Below are positions 47,153 through 57,006 of a DNA stretch of 64,000 nt, piece after piece. The translations under genes were made by a program, and so were the position numbers. Source of the DNA: Desulfobacterales bacterium (GTDB taxonomy: Bacteria; Desulfobacterota; Desulfobacteria; Desulfobacterales; UBA2174); the NCBI GenBank assembly GCA_963668645.2, contig CAXXWC010000008.1, positions 32,001 through 96,000 on the forward strand. Reading direction: 5' to 3'. A model generated the notes under the pieces. The model was not told the origin of the DNA, made no database searches, and saw only the letters and a program-made list of their open reading frames with translations. Every line of letters starts with the position of its first letter. Position 1 is the first letter of the stretch.

Positions 47153-47325
47153 ATATCATAGTTGAAACAGTAGCGGCCCAGATTCGTGCCATTGCGCTGT
47201 TTACGGGGGCATGATACCCCATAAGCCGAGGCTGGAAACAAGGCGGGCGGGAAGGCCGGGGATCCGGCTGGTGGCTTTTTCCCGCTCACGGCAGAACGCA
47301 ATCGGCAGGGACGGAGGCGGCGCAG

Positions 47326-47907
47326 TTGACCAGCGGCGGCTCAACGGACATGGACGACATCCGCCGGGTATTGGCGGGCGACGTGGATGCCTTCGCGGAA
47401 CTGGTAAAACGCCATCAGGATTACGTGGCGCGCATCGTGCGGCGCCACGTCCCGCCGGACCGGGTGGCCGAGACCGTTCAGGATGCCTTGGTGCGCGCCT
47501 ACCAGTCGCTGGGGGGATTCCGCCGGACCGAAAGCTTTCGTCAATGGCTCTCGGCCATCAGCGTGCGCACCTGTTACGATTTCTGGCGCCGCCGCTACCG
47601 CCGGCGGGAGGTGGCCGTCAGCCAACTTTCCGAGGCCCACCAACAGTGGCTGGAAAAGTTCCAGGCCCAGGACGCCGGAGACACGTGGCAGGAACTGAGC
47701 GACCGGGCCGAAGCCCGCGAAATCCTGGACGCGGCCATGGCCCGGCTTTCGCCCGAGGATCGGATGGTCATCGAACTGGTTCATCTGGAGGAGCGCCCGG
47801 TGGCTGAAGCGGCCCGGCTGCTGGGGTGGAGCCGGACCAACGTCAAGGTCAGAGCTTTTCGTGCCCGCAAGCGGCTGCACCAGATCATTCTGGGGGGCTT
47901 GCCATGA
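47326..47907 (+). CDS. ECF RNA polymerase sigma factor
   Basis: GDVDAFAELVKRH, F..WL..I.VR.CYDFWR, region 4 with VKVRAFRAR; TTG 47326 (GGAGG RBS) or ATG 47350. Confidence 0.92.
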   Translation: MTSGGSTDMDDIRRVLAGDVDAFAELVKRHQDYVARIVRRHVPPDRVAETVQDALVRAYQSLGGFRRTESFRQWLSAISVRTCYDFWRRRYRRREVAVSQLSEAHQQWLEKFQAQDAGDTWQELSDRAEAREILDAAMARLSPEDRMVIELVHLEERPVAEAARLLGWSRTNVKVRAFRARKRLHQIILGGLP

Positions 47908-48218
47908 AGAAGAGATCGATTTCGATGGAAGAACAGCTCGATCGGATCATGCGCCGGATCCACTGGTCCAGAGAAAATCTGCCGATTGCGGATTTGCGAA
48001 TCGAAGCGGTGATGGCGCAAATCCACAGCCGGCCCGAAATCCGGGGGTGGATGGAAAGATGGTCTTTCGAAACGCTGGTCTGGCGCCTGGCCCCGGCCAC
48101 CGCGGCTTTGACCCTGGCCTTGCTGGGTCTATGGATCAACCTCGAGCTGATCACCGACGCCGATCTGTTCCAGTCCTTTTACATCCGACCTCAGCTCCTG
48201 AGTCTGCTGAACTTTTAA
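47904..48218 (+). CDS. Putative membrane anti-sigma factor
   Basis: ATGA overlap with the sigma stop codon; short soluble N-terminus plus one TM. Confidence 0.65.
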   Translation: MKKRSISMEEQLDRIMRRIHWSRENLPIADLRIEAVMAQIHSRPEIRGWMERWSFETLVWRLAPATAALTLALLGLWINLELITDADLFQSFYIRPQLLSLLNF

Positions 48219-48236
48219 CCCCCGGGCGAGGTGGCC

Positions 48237-48629
48237 ATGGGTAAATGGAAAACCATTGCCGGTGTTTTGTTGGTGCTAATCCTGGGAGCCCTGACGGGCA
48301 GCTTGGGCACCGAATGGTTTCTCAAATCGCGCCATCCCCTGTTTAAGCAGGACCCCGAGCAGCGCGTGGCCTTCATCATGCAGCGGCTGTCGGACCGGCT
48401 CGACCTGAGTGCGGCCCAACGGCCCGCCATTGAAACGGTCGTGCGCCGCATGGACGAAGAACTGCAGCGCCACCTCGATCAGCAGCGTCTTGAAATGCGC
48501 CGCATCCTTGACAGTTACGCCGCCGTCATCAAACCGATGCTGTCGCCTGAACAGCAGGAGAAATTAGCCGCTTTCAGGCAGGAACTGGAGGCGCGGCGCA
48601 AGAACCGCAGACCTCCGCCTGAACCGTAA
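48237..48629 (+). CDS. Periplasmic helical protein, Spy/CpxP/heavy-metal-sensor-like
   Basis: N-terminal TM, L.LSAAQ and LSPEQQ (LTxxQ-like) motifs; third gene of the ECF operon. Confidence 0.7.
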   Translation: MGKWKTIAGVLLVLILGALTGSLGTEWFLKSRHPLFKQDPEQRVAFIMQRLSDRLDLSAAQRPAIETVVRRMDEELQRHLDQQRLEMRRILDSYAAVIKPMLSPEQQEKLAAFRQELEARRKNRRPPPEP

Positions 48630-48735
48630 AGCGTTTTTTCCCTGTTGACAGTACCCGCTGGTGGGCTGAATATTTCACGCGGCCTGTAACCGGCGATGAA
48701 TACGCGCAGCTTTCATCGCTTAAAGGAGAAAGCAA

Positions 48736-49434
48736 ATGAAAAGAAACTGGCTGAATACAGCGATAACCGTCGGACTTGCCATGAGCCTGCTGGCCTGCGC
48801 CGGTGCTACCCGGCAGCAGACCGGTACCGGAGTCGGTGCCGGTACGGGGGCCGTTGTAGGAGCGGTCCTGGGCCAGGCCATCGGGCGCAACACGGAAGCC
48901 ACCCTTCTGGGCGCCGGGATCGGCGCGGCGTTGGGAGCGGTGGCCGGAAATCAGATCGGTGCCTACATGGACCGCCAGGAAAGGGACCTGAGAAACGCCC
49001 TGGCGGCCAGCGAGGCGGCCAGCGTCAGGCGCACCCAGGAAGCCGTGGCCACCGCCGAGGCCAGGGGCCGGCAGGGAAGGGTGGACGTGCTCACGGCGAC
49101 CTTCAAGTCCGAAGTGATGTTCGATTTTGATTCGGCGACCCTGAAGCCCGGAGGGTTCACCGAGCTGCAGCGGGTGGCGGATGTGCTCAGGCGCTACCCG
49201 GAAACCACCATCGTGGTCGAGGGGCACACCGACAGCCGGGGCAGCGACGCCTACAATCAGGTATTGAGCGAAAAGCGGGCTCAAGCCGTACGTACCGCCC
49301 TGGTGGAGATGGGGGTGGCGGCCGAACGGATCGAAGCCGTGGGCTACGGTGAGTCGCGGCCGATTTCCAGCGACGACGCCGTAAACCGGCGCGTCTCGAT
49401 CACCATTCGACCGATTGTCGCCGCCGTGGGCTGA
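48736..49434 (+). CDS. OmpA-family lipoprotein with glycine zipper (YiaD-like)
   Basis: Lipobox LLAC, Gly zipper, IGAYMDRQ, F.FDSA.L, EGHTD, YN..LS..RA, GYGE..P, NRRV. Confidence 0.93.
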   Translation: MKRNWLNTAITVGLAMSLLACAGATRQQTGTGVGAGTGAVVGAVLGQAIGRNTEATLLGAGIGAALGAVAGNQIGAYMDRQERDLRNALAASEAASVRRTQEAVATAEARGRQGRVDVLTATFKSEVMFDFDSATLKPGGFTELQRVADVLRRYPETTIVVEGHTDSRGSDAYNQVLSEKRAQAVRTALVEMGVAAERIEAVGYGESRPISSDDAVNRRVSITIRPIVAAVG

Positions 49435-49783
49435 TGGCCGGCCAATAGCGGGCAGTGGCCTTACGTGCGCCTGGGCGACCAACGGTATGGGTGGGTTCAA
49501 CAGGTCTTCACGGCTCCGATCCTTTTGCCTGCCTGCAGTTGAAACCGGCTGCCTTGCTTCGCCCGGGATTATGGTGCACCATAATCCCGGGCGATTTTTT
49601 CACACATCCTTTCTCGCCGTTTGAAGCGGTGTCCATCCCCGCCTATCGCCCTGAGTGGCGTTTGAGCGTCATTTGCATGTTGAGGAGGCACTTGCCAGAG
49701 TTGCGCCCGCTTTTGCCTTGACAACCGGGCGGAGGGCGCTATTTTGCACTTTTGCTCACAACCGTCCATAGCAAGGAGTGATT

Positions 49784-51493
49784 ATGACACAGCAGGTCCT
49801 CTTCATCGGTGGGGTGGCCCTGGGCTCCAAGGCCGCTTGCCGCTTCAAGCGGCTCGAGCCCGCGTCGCGGGCCGTGATCATGGATGCCGATCGTTTCGTA
49901 TCCTACGGCGGCTGCGGGATACCCTATTACGTTTCGGGAGATGTCAGCGATATCTCGGAGCTGCGCAGTACGAGCTTTCACATGATCCGCGACGAAAAAT
50001 TTTTCCACGACTGCAAAGACATCGAACTGATGACCGAAACCCGGGCCACCCGGATCGACCGTCAGAACAAGGTCGTCCACTTCCAGAAGGCCGACGGAAC
50101 CACCGATTCGCTGGCCTACGACAAGCTGGTGATCGGTACCGGCTCGATACCTCGCCCCCTTCCCTTGAAAGGACTGGAACTGGGCAACGTACACAACGCC
50201 AGCAACCTGCACGATGCAGCGGCCATCAAGGCCCTGGTGGTGCGCGGGATGGTGGAAAAGGCGGTGGTGATCGGCGGCGGGTTCATAGGTCTGGAAATGG
50301 CCGAGGCCCTGGCCGATATGTGGGAGGTGGACACCACCGTGGTCGAACTGTGCGACCAGATCATGCCTGGATTCGTCAGTCCGGGATTCGCCCGCATGGC
50401 CCAGCGGCACATGGAGGGAAAAGGCGTCCATTTCCGTCTGGGTGAAAAGGTCGTGGGCATGGAGGGAGAAGACGGAGTGGTCCGGCGCGTAGTGACCGAA
50501 CAAGGTGCCATCGACGCCGATTTGGTGGTCATGGGGGTGGGGGTGGTGCCCAACACCGATCTGGCCCGGGAAGCAGGGTTGGAAGTCAGCCCGGCCGGCA
50601 TCGTGGTCAACGACCGGCTGCAGACCTCGGATCCGGACATCTATGCCGGGGGCGACTGCATCCAGACCCGCAACCTGGTCAGCGGGAAACCGGCCTTTTT
50701 TCCCCTGGGATCCATGGCCAATCGCCAGGGTCGGGTGATCGGCACCAACCTGGCCGGCGGCGACGCGTGTTTTGCCGGTGCGGTGGGCAGCTTCGTGGTC
50801 AAGCTCTTCGATAACAGCCTGGCCGGGGCCGGCCTGACGGTCGCCAACGCCCGCAAGGCCGGTTTCGATGCGATCAGCGTACAGGTGGCCCAACTCGATC
50901 GCGCCCATTTTTATCCCACCAAGCAGATGATGCACCTCGAGCTGGTCGTCGAAAACGGCACCCGCCGGGTCTTGGGAATTCAGGGGTTTGGCATCAGCAG
51001 CAACGATGCCATGGTGGGCCGCATCAACGCCGTGGCCGCCATTCTGGACCGCAACCCGACGGTGGACGACATCAGCAACCTCGAGCTGGCCTATTCGCCG
51101 CCCTTTTCTTCCGCCATGGACATCCTCAACGCACTGGGCAATGCGGCCGACAACCTGCTGGCCGGCCGTTACCAGGGCCTGGACGCCGGCGCCTTCGAGA
51201 CCGCCTGGAAGGCCCGCGGCGAAGCGGGCAGCTGCTTCTTTCTCGATACCCGCGCCCGCGAGGACGGCCAACCCGTTGCCGAGAAACATCCGGGCCGCTG
51301 GATCAACATTCCCCAGGACGAGTTGCGCCGGCGCATCGACGAGGTGCCTGAGGATCGGGAGATTATCCTGGTCTGCAATACCGGCGTGCGATCCTATGAG
51401 GCCCAACTGAACCTGCGCCAGCTCGGGCGCGAGAACACCCGCACCCTCCAGGGCGGCATGGTGACGTTGAAAAAAAGCGGGGTTGAAGTCTGA
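49784..51493 (+). CDS. FAD-dependent CoA-disulfide/persulfide reductase with C-terminal rhodanese domain
   Basis: SYGGCG redox Cys, GGGFIGLE, IYAGGD, LAYSPPF, rhodanese CNTGVRS; AAGGAG RBS. Confidence 0.88.
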   Translation: MTQQVLFIGGVALGSKAACRFKRLEPASRAVIMDADRFVSYGGCGIPYYVSGDVSDISELRSTSFHMIRDEKFFHDCKDIELMTETRATRIDRQNKVVHFQKADGTTDSLAYDKLVIGTGSIPRPLPLKGLELGNVHNASNLHDAAAIKALVVRGMVEKAVVIGGGFIGLEMAEALADMWEVDTTVVELCDQIMPGFVSPGFARMAQRHMEGKGVHFRLGEKVVGMEGEDGVVRRVVTEQGAIDADLVVMGVGVVPNTDLAREAGLEVSPAGIVVNDRLQTSDPDIYAGGDCIQTRNLVSGKPAFFPLGSMANRQGRVIGTNLAGGDACFAGAVGSFVVKLFDNSLAGAGLTVANARKAGFDAISVQVAQLDRAHFYPTKQMMHLELVVENGTRRVLGIQGFGISSNDAMVGRINAVAAILDRNPTVDDISNLELAYSPPFSSAMDILNALGNAADNLLAGRYQGLDAGAFETAWKARGEAGSCFFLDTRAREDGQPVAEKHPGRWINIPQDELRRRIDEVPEDREIILVCNTGVRSYEAQLNLRQLGRENTRTLQGGMVTLKKSGVEV

Positions 51494-51615
51494 CGGCCGG
51501 AAAAAGGTGAAAATCCGGGTATAGACCCGGGCATATCGAGACGCGATTTTTTCCCTGTTGATGTTTAAAACGGTTTTGCCTCTGCCTTTTGCAGGAGAAA
51601 GGGACAGGTCCGCCC

Positions 51616-53361
51616 ATGGGGTTGCGATCGCGTTTGTGCACCATCGTTGCATGTCTGGCGCTTTGGTTTTTGCTGCTGCCGGGTTGCGATTCGGCGGCCG
51701 CGCCGGCCGGGCAGATCTCCCAGGCCGTTCACGCCTGGCTTGAGGAGGCCGCCGTCCCTCGGGGGGTGTGGATCGGCTGCGAACCGATCCATGCCGGCCA
51801 GGACCTGGTCGAATTTTATCACCAGCGCGATTACCGGCCGATATGGGTCTTGCCTGAAGGTCCCGGCCAGGCCGCCTATGAGCTTGTGGCGGCCATCGGC
51901 AAAGCGGATCATCACGGTCTTTTGCCCGGGGATTACCATTTCCTTTGCCTTTCGGCCTGGCTGTCGCCGTCGTCTTTGAAACGGCGCGCCGCATTGGAGG
52001 CCAAGGAACTGGCCGGGATGGAAATCGTGTTATCCGACGCCTTCGTCAACCTTGCCACCCACCTGGCCGTCGGGAAGGTCGACCCCCGCACGATCTACCC
52101 CCAATGGATTGCTCCGGCCAAAAAGGCCGAAGTCTTTGGATGGCTGGCCGCTGTCTCCGCACCGGAAGATGTCCGCCGGGCTTTCTCCCAGGCGGCTCCG
52201 GACAGCGAGGGGTACCGTGCCGCCATGGCAGAGGTCCAGCGGCTGCGTGAAGTCATCGCGTCCGGGGGCTGGCCTGCGGTGGATTCCGGCGAAGCGCTGC
52301 GCGCCGGCGACCGGTCGAGCCGCGTAGCACAGCTTCGTTTGCGGCTGGTGCAAGAGGGCGATTTTCCTGCGGCGGGAAACGGGGGCAAAGACGAGTCTTT
52401 TTTTGATTCAGGTCTGGAACAGGCAGTGGCGGCCTTTCAGAGAAGGCAGGGATTGGCTGCGGACGGCGTGGTCGGCCGGGGAACCCTGGCCTCCTTGAAC
52501 CGTTCGGCCCAGGATCGGCTACGCTGCGTCCTGGTCAATCTGGAACGCTGGCGCTGGCTCCCACGGGATCTGGGCCGGCGGCACATTATCGTCAATTCGG
52601 CCGCCTTTCAGCTTCAGGCATTCAGTGAACGCCGGATGGTCCTGGAAATGCCCGTCATCGTCGGCGAGGCGTACACCCGCACGCCGGTGTTCAGCCGCAA
52701 CATGGCCTACCTCGTGGTCAATCCTTACTGGAACGTGCCCCCGGGCGTGCTGGCGCGCAAAATCCTGCCGAAAATCAAGAAGGACCCGAGTTATCTGGCG
52801 GCCCAGCACTTCGAGTTGATCCGCGGCTGGAAAGAACCCGCCGATCCGATGGATCCGCAGCTGGTCGACTGGACTCGGGTGCATGCCGGCAACTTTCCCG
52901 GGCGCCTGCGCCAGCGGCCTGGGCCCTGGAACGCCTTGGGCCGCATCAAGTTTATTTTCCCCAACGATTTCAGTGTCTATTTGCACGATACGCCCGAGCG
53001 CCATCTGTTCAAACGTCCTGCCAGGGCCTTCAGCAGCGGATGCATCCGGGTGGAAAAGCCCATCGATCTGGCGCTTTTCGTACTGGCGCCGGATCCTTCC
53101 TGGTCCCGTGAACGCCTGGAGCAGACCATCGCCGGAGGCAAACCCACTACGGTGACGGTGAGAGACCCGGTGACGGTCCATCTGCTCTACTGGACGTTCT
53201 GGGTTAACGGGCAGGGCGGGGCCGAATACCGCAAGGATATCTACGCCCGCGACGGGGTCCTCTGGAAGGCCTTGAACGCAATTCCCGGAGCGGGCACGCC
53301 GTCCCCGGCGGTCGGAAAACCCGAGGCCGATCCGAATGTGTCGGTGGAACCGTCCGGGTAA
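51616..53361 (+). CDS. L,D-transpeptidase, YcbB/LdtD-like
   Basis: Scaffold domain (HGLLP.DY), PG-binding domain (FQ..QGL..DG.VG), catalytic VYLHDTP...SSGCIRV. Confidence 0.92.
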   Translation: MGLRSRLCTIVACLALWFLLLPGCDSAAAPAGQISQAVHAWLEEAAVPRGVWIGCEPIHAGQDLVEFYHQRDYRPIWVLPEGPGQAAYELVAAIGKADHHGLLPGDYHFLCLSAWLSPSSLKRRAALEAKELAGMEIVLSDAFVNLATHLAVGKVDPRTIYPQWIAPAKKAEVFGWLAAVSAPEDVRRAFSQAAPDSEGYRAAMAEVQRLREVIASGGWPAVDSGEALRAGDRSSRVAQLRLRLVQEGDFPAAGNGGKDESFFDSGLEQAVAAFQRRQGLAADGVVGRGTLASLNRSAQDRLRCVLVNLERWRWLPRDLGRRHIIVNSAAFQLQAFSERRMVLEMPVIVGEAYTRTPVFSRNMAYLVVNPYWNVPPGVLARKILPKIKKDPSYLAAQHFELIRGWKEPADPMDPQLVDWTRVHAGNFPGRLRQRPGPWNALGRIKFIFPNDFSVYLHDTPERHLFKRPARAFSSGCIRVEKPIDLALFVLAPDPSWSRERLEQTIAGGKPTTVTVRDPVTVHLLYWTFWVNGQGGAEYRKDIYARDGVLWKALNAIPGAGTPSPAVGKPEADPNVSVEPSG

Positions 53362-53438
53362 AGGAAGGCTTGCCGGCCGAGGTTGGCCCCCGGTTGTAAA
53401 AGACGGCAGACAGCGGAATGATGCGCACCGGGAAGGCG

Positions 53439-54026
53439 CTACCAATGGCGAACCGGTCCGACATCGACATGAACGAACTGGGGGTATCCTCCCACGCCGC
53501 CTTGGGCCAGTGCCATGGCGGTATGGTGGATCCGCTCGAGGTGCAAACCTTTGATGTGGATATCGGCGGCCATGCCCCTGAGATGATAGCTTCGCTTGGC
53601 CACACCTTTTCCCCGGGCGCGCAGCAGGCGATTGTATTGCGGCGAGCGGTAGCCCGAAATGAGCATCAATGGCCGCTTGCCCGCCTCAAGCCGGGTGTGG
53701 ATGCGGTCCAAAAGAAGGTAGAGGGACGGGTCGATGCGTTTGGTGGCGCCGCTGTAATGGCAGCGGAACAGGTGGTCCAGGCGGGCGAGGGCCTGCGCAT
53801 TGAAGCGGCCGTCCTTTTCAAGGTAGCGGATTCGCAGTGTTTCAAGCGTATGGAGATTGGTGACCGTGATGCGCCCGGACAGGTCTCCGGCGGCGGGCCG
53901 AGCCAGAGCGGACGCGGCTGCGGCCCATGGCAGCAGCAAGGATGCGGTTGCGCCAGCCAATGTATGCTTTATCAACAGTCTTCGCGAAATGGGTTTTTCG
54001 AAGAGGGGCTTCATCGAATTTCGCAT
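53439..54026 (-). CDS. YcbK/MepK (DUF882, peptidase M15) with Tat-type signal
   Basis: SRR.LI signal, ISGYRS..YN, GVAKRSYH..GMAAD, GGVG.Y...FVHVD.G.VR.W. Confidence 0.92.
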   Translation of the reverse strand: MRNSMKPLFEKPISRRLLIKHTLAGATASLLLPWAAAASALARPAAGDLSGRITVTNLHTLETLRIRYLEKDGRFNAQALARLDHLFRCHYSGATKRIDPSLYLLLDRIHTRLEAGKRPLMLISGYRSPQYNRLLRARGKGVAKRSYHLRGMAADIHIKGLHLERIHHTAMALAQGGVGGYPQFVHVDVGPVRHW

Positions 54027-54095
54027 CGTGGTGTCGTGGGATGAAATCCCGGCTTCCCTAACCTGGATCGGAAAAATTTACAAGAGACGAATAGA

Positions 54096-54569
54096 ATGAG
54101 CACCCGTGCTGTCACTTTTTTGAATCGAAAAAAGATCTCCTTCGAGCTGGTGGCCTACACGCATGAAGAAAAGGGTGCACAGTTCGCTGCCCGGGCCGTG
54201 GGCTTTCCGCTGGGGCAGACCATCAAGACGCTGGTGGCCGATTTGGGAACCAGATCGTATCGGTTGGTACTGATGCCCGGTGACCGCGAGGTATCGATGA
54301 AGCGGCTGGCCAAGGTCTGCGGCGTTAAGCGGGCCGCCATGGCCGATGTGGCCTCGGCCGAGCGGATCACAGGATACCTGGTGGGTGGGATCAGCCCCTT
54401 CGGCACGCGCCAGCGTCTGCCCGCGATGATGGAGCAAAGCCTGATGGCGCACGCCGAAGTGCTGATTAACGCCGGCCAGCGCGGGCTTTTGCTCAAGATG
54501 AAGCCCGCCGACATCGTCCGGGCATTGAACGCCACCATCGTGTCGGTCGCCGAGCCCCTGCCGGTGTAA
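54096..54569 (+). CDS. ybaK: Cys-tRNA(Pro) deacylase, YbaK/EbsC family
   Basis: IKTLV, AERITGYLVGGISPFG, NAGQRG. Confidence 0.9.
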   Translation: MSTRAVTFLNRKKISFELVAYTHEEKGAQFAARAVGFPLGQTIKTLVADLGTRSYRLVLMPGDREVSMKRLAKVCGVKRAAMADVASAERITGYLVGGISPFGTRQRLPAMMEQSLMAHAEVLINAGQRGLLLKMKPADIVRALNATIVSVAEPLPV

Positions 54570-54655
54570 GGGGGCGCAACAGAAGACCTGCGCCCTGTTC
54601 AGGTGTCGGCCGGCAGGGGGCCAAACCCGTAGCGGCATGCAGGCCGAAAGTTGAA

Positions 54656-55144
54656 TTATCTTCCCTTCTCGACGATTACCTGGGCGCGGGAGGTAAAGGA
54701 GATCCCCTGTTGGGTCTGGGTCCCGATCATCACCGATTCGACGATGGGCGTAGCGATGGGCGTCCCGGCACTCCATGTGACGATGAAATTGGCCCCTGAT
54801 CCACCGGCCTTGTCACGCTCGCCGATGACGTAGCGCATCGAGGCCAGGGGGCCGAGGGAGACGGGGGTGTCGAGATAGCGGCGCAGCAGCTTGCCGGCCG
54901 AATCGTAATAGTCCACCGATTCGATGGTAAGGGGCTCGGTCGTATCGGTGTTGCGGATGCTCAGGGTTACGGCCAGATAGAACGGCTGCTCGCGATCGCC
55001 GCTGTAAATGTGGGAATAGACCGGTACATAGAGGGTCTGGCCCCGGGAACGGACCGTCTTGTCCATGTCGGCGGCCGCTCCGGCATCCATGATGGCCAAG
55101 GCGAGGATCGTCGCGAAGAAAATGGCAGTGGCTTTTGCTTTCAT
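54656..55144 (-). CDS. DUF3124 exported protein
   Basis: Signal peptide, YVPVYSHIY, TLSIRNTD, YYDS.G, GGSGANFIV.W, GISF.SR. Confidence 0.85.
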   Translation of the reverse strand: MKAKATAIFFATILALAIMDAGAAADMDKTVRSRGQTLYVPVYSHIYSGDREQPFYLAVTLSIRNTDTTEPLTIESVDYYDSAGKLLRRYLDTPVSLGPLASMRYVIGERDKAGGSGANFIVTWSAGTPIATPIVESVMIGTQTQQGISFTSRAQVIVEKGR

Positions 55145-55236
55145 GGCACCTCAGGCGTCCCGGGCATCCGCCCCTTTCATGGCAAAGCCTCTGTGCCGGG
55201 GCGTGTCAAATATGACGGTGATGTAAACAATGGCCT

Positions 55237-55905
55237 TTACCACGGCCAAGCCGCCGGCACCGGCGCCGCGATGCAGATCCTTTCGCTCCGGGTCGGATGG
55301 TCGAAACGCAGGCACGCGGCGTACAGTGCGACAGCCCTGGCGGGCAGGGCCGTTTCGGCCCCGTACTTCAGATCGCCGAGAATCGGACAGCCCACGGCAG
55401 CCAGTTGAACCCGGATCTGATGGCTGCGCCCGGTCTGCAGCGCCACCTCGATGAGGCTGGTTTTCTCCCGCCGTTCGATTACCCGGTAGTCCAGTGTTGC
55501 CCGTTTGGCTCCGGGAACCTTGGGCGTCGTGACCCGGCTGCGGTGCTCCCGGGAAATTTTTTTCAGATAGTGCGTCAAGCGGCCTTTCAGGGCCGGGGGG
55601 GCTCCGGAGACCACTGCGCGGTAGATCTTCTCGACCCGTCCGGTGCGCAAAGCCTCCGAAAGCCGGGCTGCGGCCTTGGAGGTCCGGGCCAGCACCAAGG
55701 CTCCGGCCACCGGCCGGTCCAACCGGTGCACCAAGCCGATGAAGACATTGCCCGGCTTGCTGTACTTTGCCTTCAGATAGTCCCTGGCCGCCTCCACGAT
55801 GGTTGCGTCGCCGCTGGCATCCGCCTGGCACAAGACGCCTGCCGGTTTGTTGACCACCAGCAGATGATTGTCCTCGTAAAGGATCTCCAGGGCCTTGAAG
55901 TCCAT
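55237..55905 (-). CDS. RluA-family pseudouridine synthase
   Basis: ILYED.HLLVVNKPAG, VHRLDRP, TGRSHQIR.QLA..G.PILGD.KYG. Confidence 0.93.
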   Translation of the reverse strand: MDFKALEILYEDNHLLVVNKPAGVLCQADASGDATIVEAARDYLKAKYSKPGNVFIGLVHRLDRPVAGALVLARTSKAAARLSEALRTGRVEKIYRAVVSGAPPALKGRLTHYLKKISREHRSRVTTPKVPGAKRATLDYRVIERREKTSLIEVALQTGRSHQIRVQLAAVGCPILGDLKYGAETALPARAVALYAACLRFDHPTRSERICIAAPVPAAWPW

Positions 55906-55927
55906 CAATGGTTGATGATGCTTTTCG

Positions 55928-56476
55928 TCAGCCAGCGGCCCCACCGCTTTCGCGGGCCACGAACCCTTGGGTGTTCAGGCCGGTGGCCGAGGAGGTGCCG
56001 GCGATCTTGGCCAGATATACGGCGCCGAGCTTCTCGATGTGGCCGGCCACATTGTCGAAGTAGTTGTAATGGGCCTGCTCTTCGTCGATCACCGCTTCGA
56101 AGATCTTGACCGTGACGCTGTCGCCGCTGTCCCGGCAGACCTTTAAAAATTTATTGTAGGCCTCGATGGTATCGTCTTCAAGTTTGGCGTCGAAAGGAAA
56201 GACCGCTTCCACCCCCTGGCCCTTGTCCACCGGTCCGGCCTTATCGATGGTCGGTTCCCCTCCTAACTCCTTGATCCGTTCGGCGAACATTTCGGCGTGG
56301 CGCATTTCGTCGATGGCGATGAGCTTGACCTTGGCGGCCAGTTCGCCGAAGTCCATATCGTCCAGGTTGTAGTGCTGGTTCATGTACTGGTGGATGGCCA
56401 GCAGCTCCATGGCACGGGCCTGATTGAGGACGGCAAGAACTTGTTCCTTGGGGGAAGGGGCAGCTTTTTTGGCCAT
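55928..56476 (-). CDS. bfr: Bacterioferritin (Desulfovibrio type)
   Basis: LN.ARAMEL.AIHQYMNQHY, IDEMRHAE, E...I.AYN, EEQAH ferroxidase ligands; GGAGG RBS; ATG at 56476. Confidence 0.92.
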   Translation of the reverse strand: MAKKAAPSPKEQVLAVLNQARAMELLAIHQYMNQHYNLDDMDFGELAAKVKLIAIDEMRHAEMFAERIKELGGEPTIDKAGPVDKGQGVEAVFPFDAKLEDDTIEAYNKFLKVCRDSGDSVTVKIFEAVIDEEQAHYNYFDNVAGHIEKLGAVYLAKIAGTSSATGLNTQGFVARESGGAAG

Positions 56477-56990
56477 GAGAAACCTCCTTGGGTTGATAGG
56501 TGGCGCCGGTTTTTGCTCAATATCGAGCGTGCCGAAGTCGACGTGGCGACTTTTTGCGCAAACCGGAAATCCGAAGCCTGTCAAATCTCATTACGACGAG
56601 CCGGCCGCGCCATTGTAAGGCTCGGTTACAATGACACTTGCCGTGCGGCTCGTCAATAAGCGGATTGGCGCGTTGGGCAATAGGCATGTCCGCTTCGGCC
56701 GGATCGCAGGACGGTTGTCCAGACCTTTACGGGCGTTGTCGACCTTATATTCAAAGACCAGCAATCTTACCGAAGCCGTCTATTTTCGGATATGGTCGCC
56801 GGAAGGCCCTGGGACGGCGCCTGGCCTGGTCTTCTTGCCGTTGACCGATCGTCCCCCAGCACATGACAGTGAGTGTCAGGCGCCAGGAGACAGTTCTCCG
56901 ACCCGCCACAGGAGGCATCGAGTGTGCACCTCGCGCTATCCTGCATGAAATCACAGCACATCACTGGTAAAATCCGGATTGGGGCACTGC

Positions 56991-57006
56991 TGGCATGAAA
57001 TTTGAT
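56991..57006 (+). promoter_or_regulatory. Possible sigma54 promoter upstream of xsc
   Basis: TGGCATGAAATTTGAT: GG-N10-GA, a non-canonical -12. Confidence 0.45.

Noticed and set aside
47176..47191. TGGCACG sigma54 -24 box on the minus strand (similar cases near 26425-26438 and 8452)
   Set aside because: No GC at the required 10-nt spacing.
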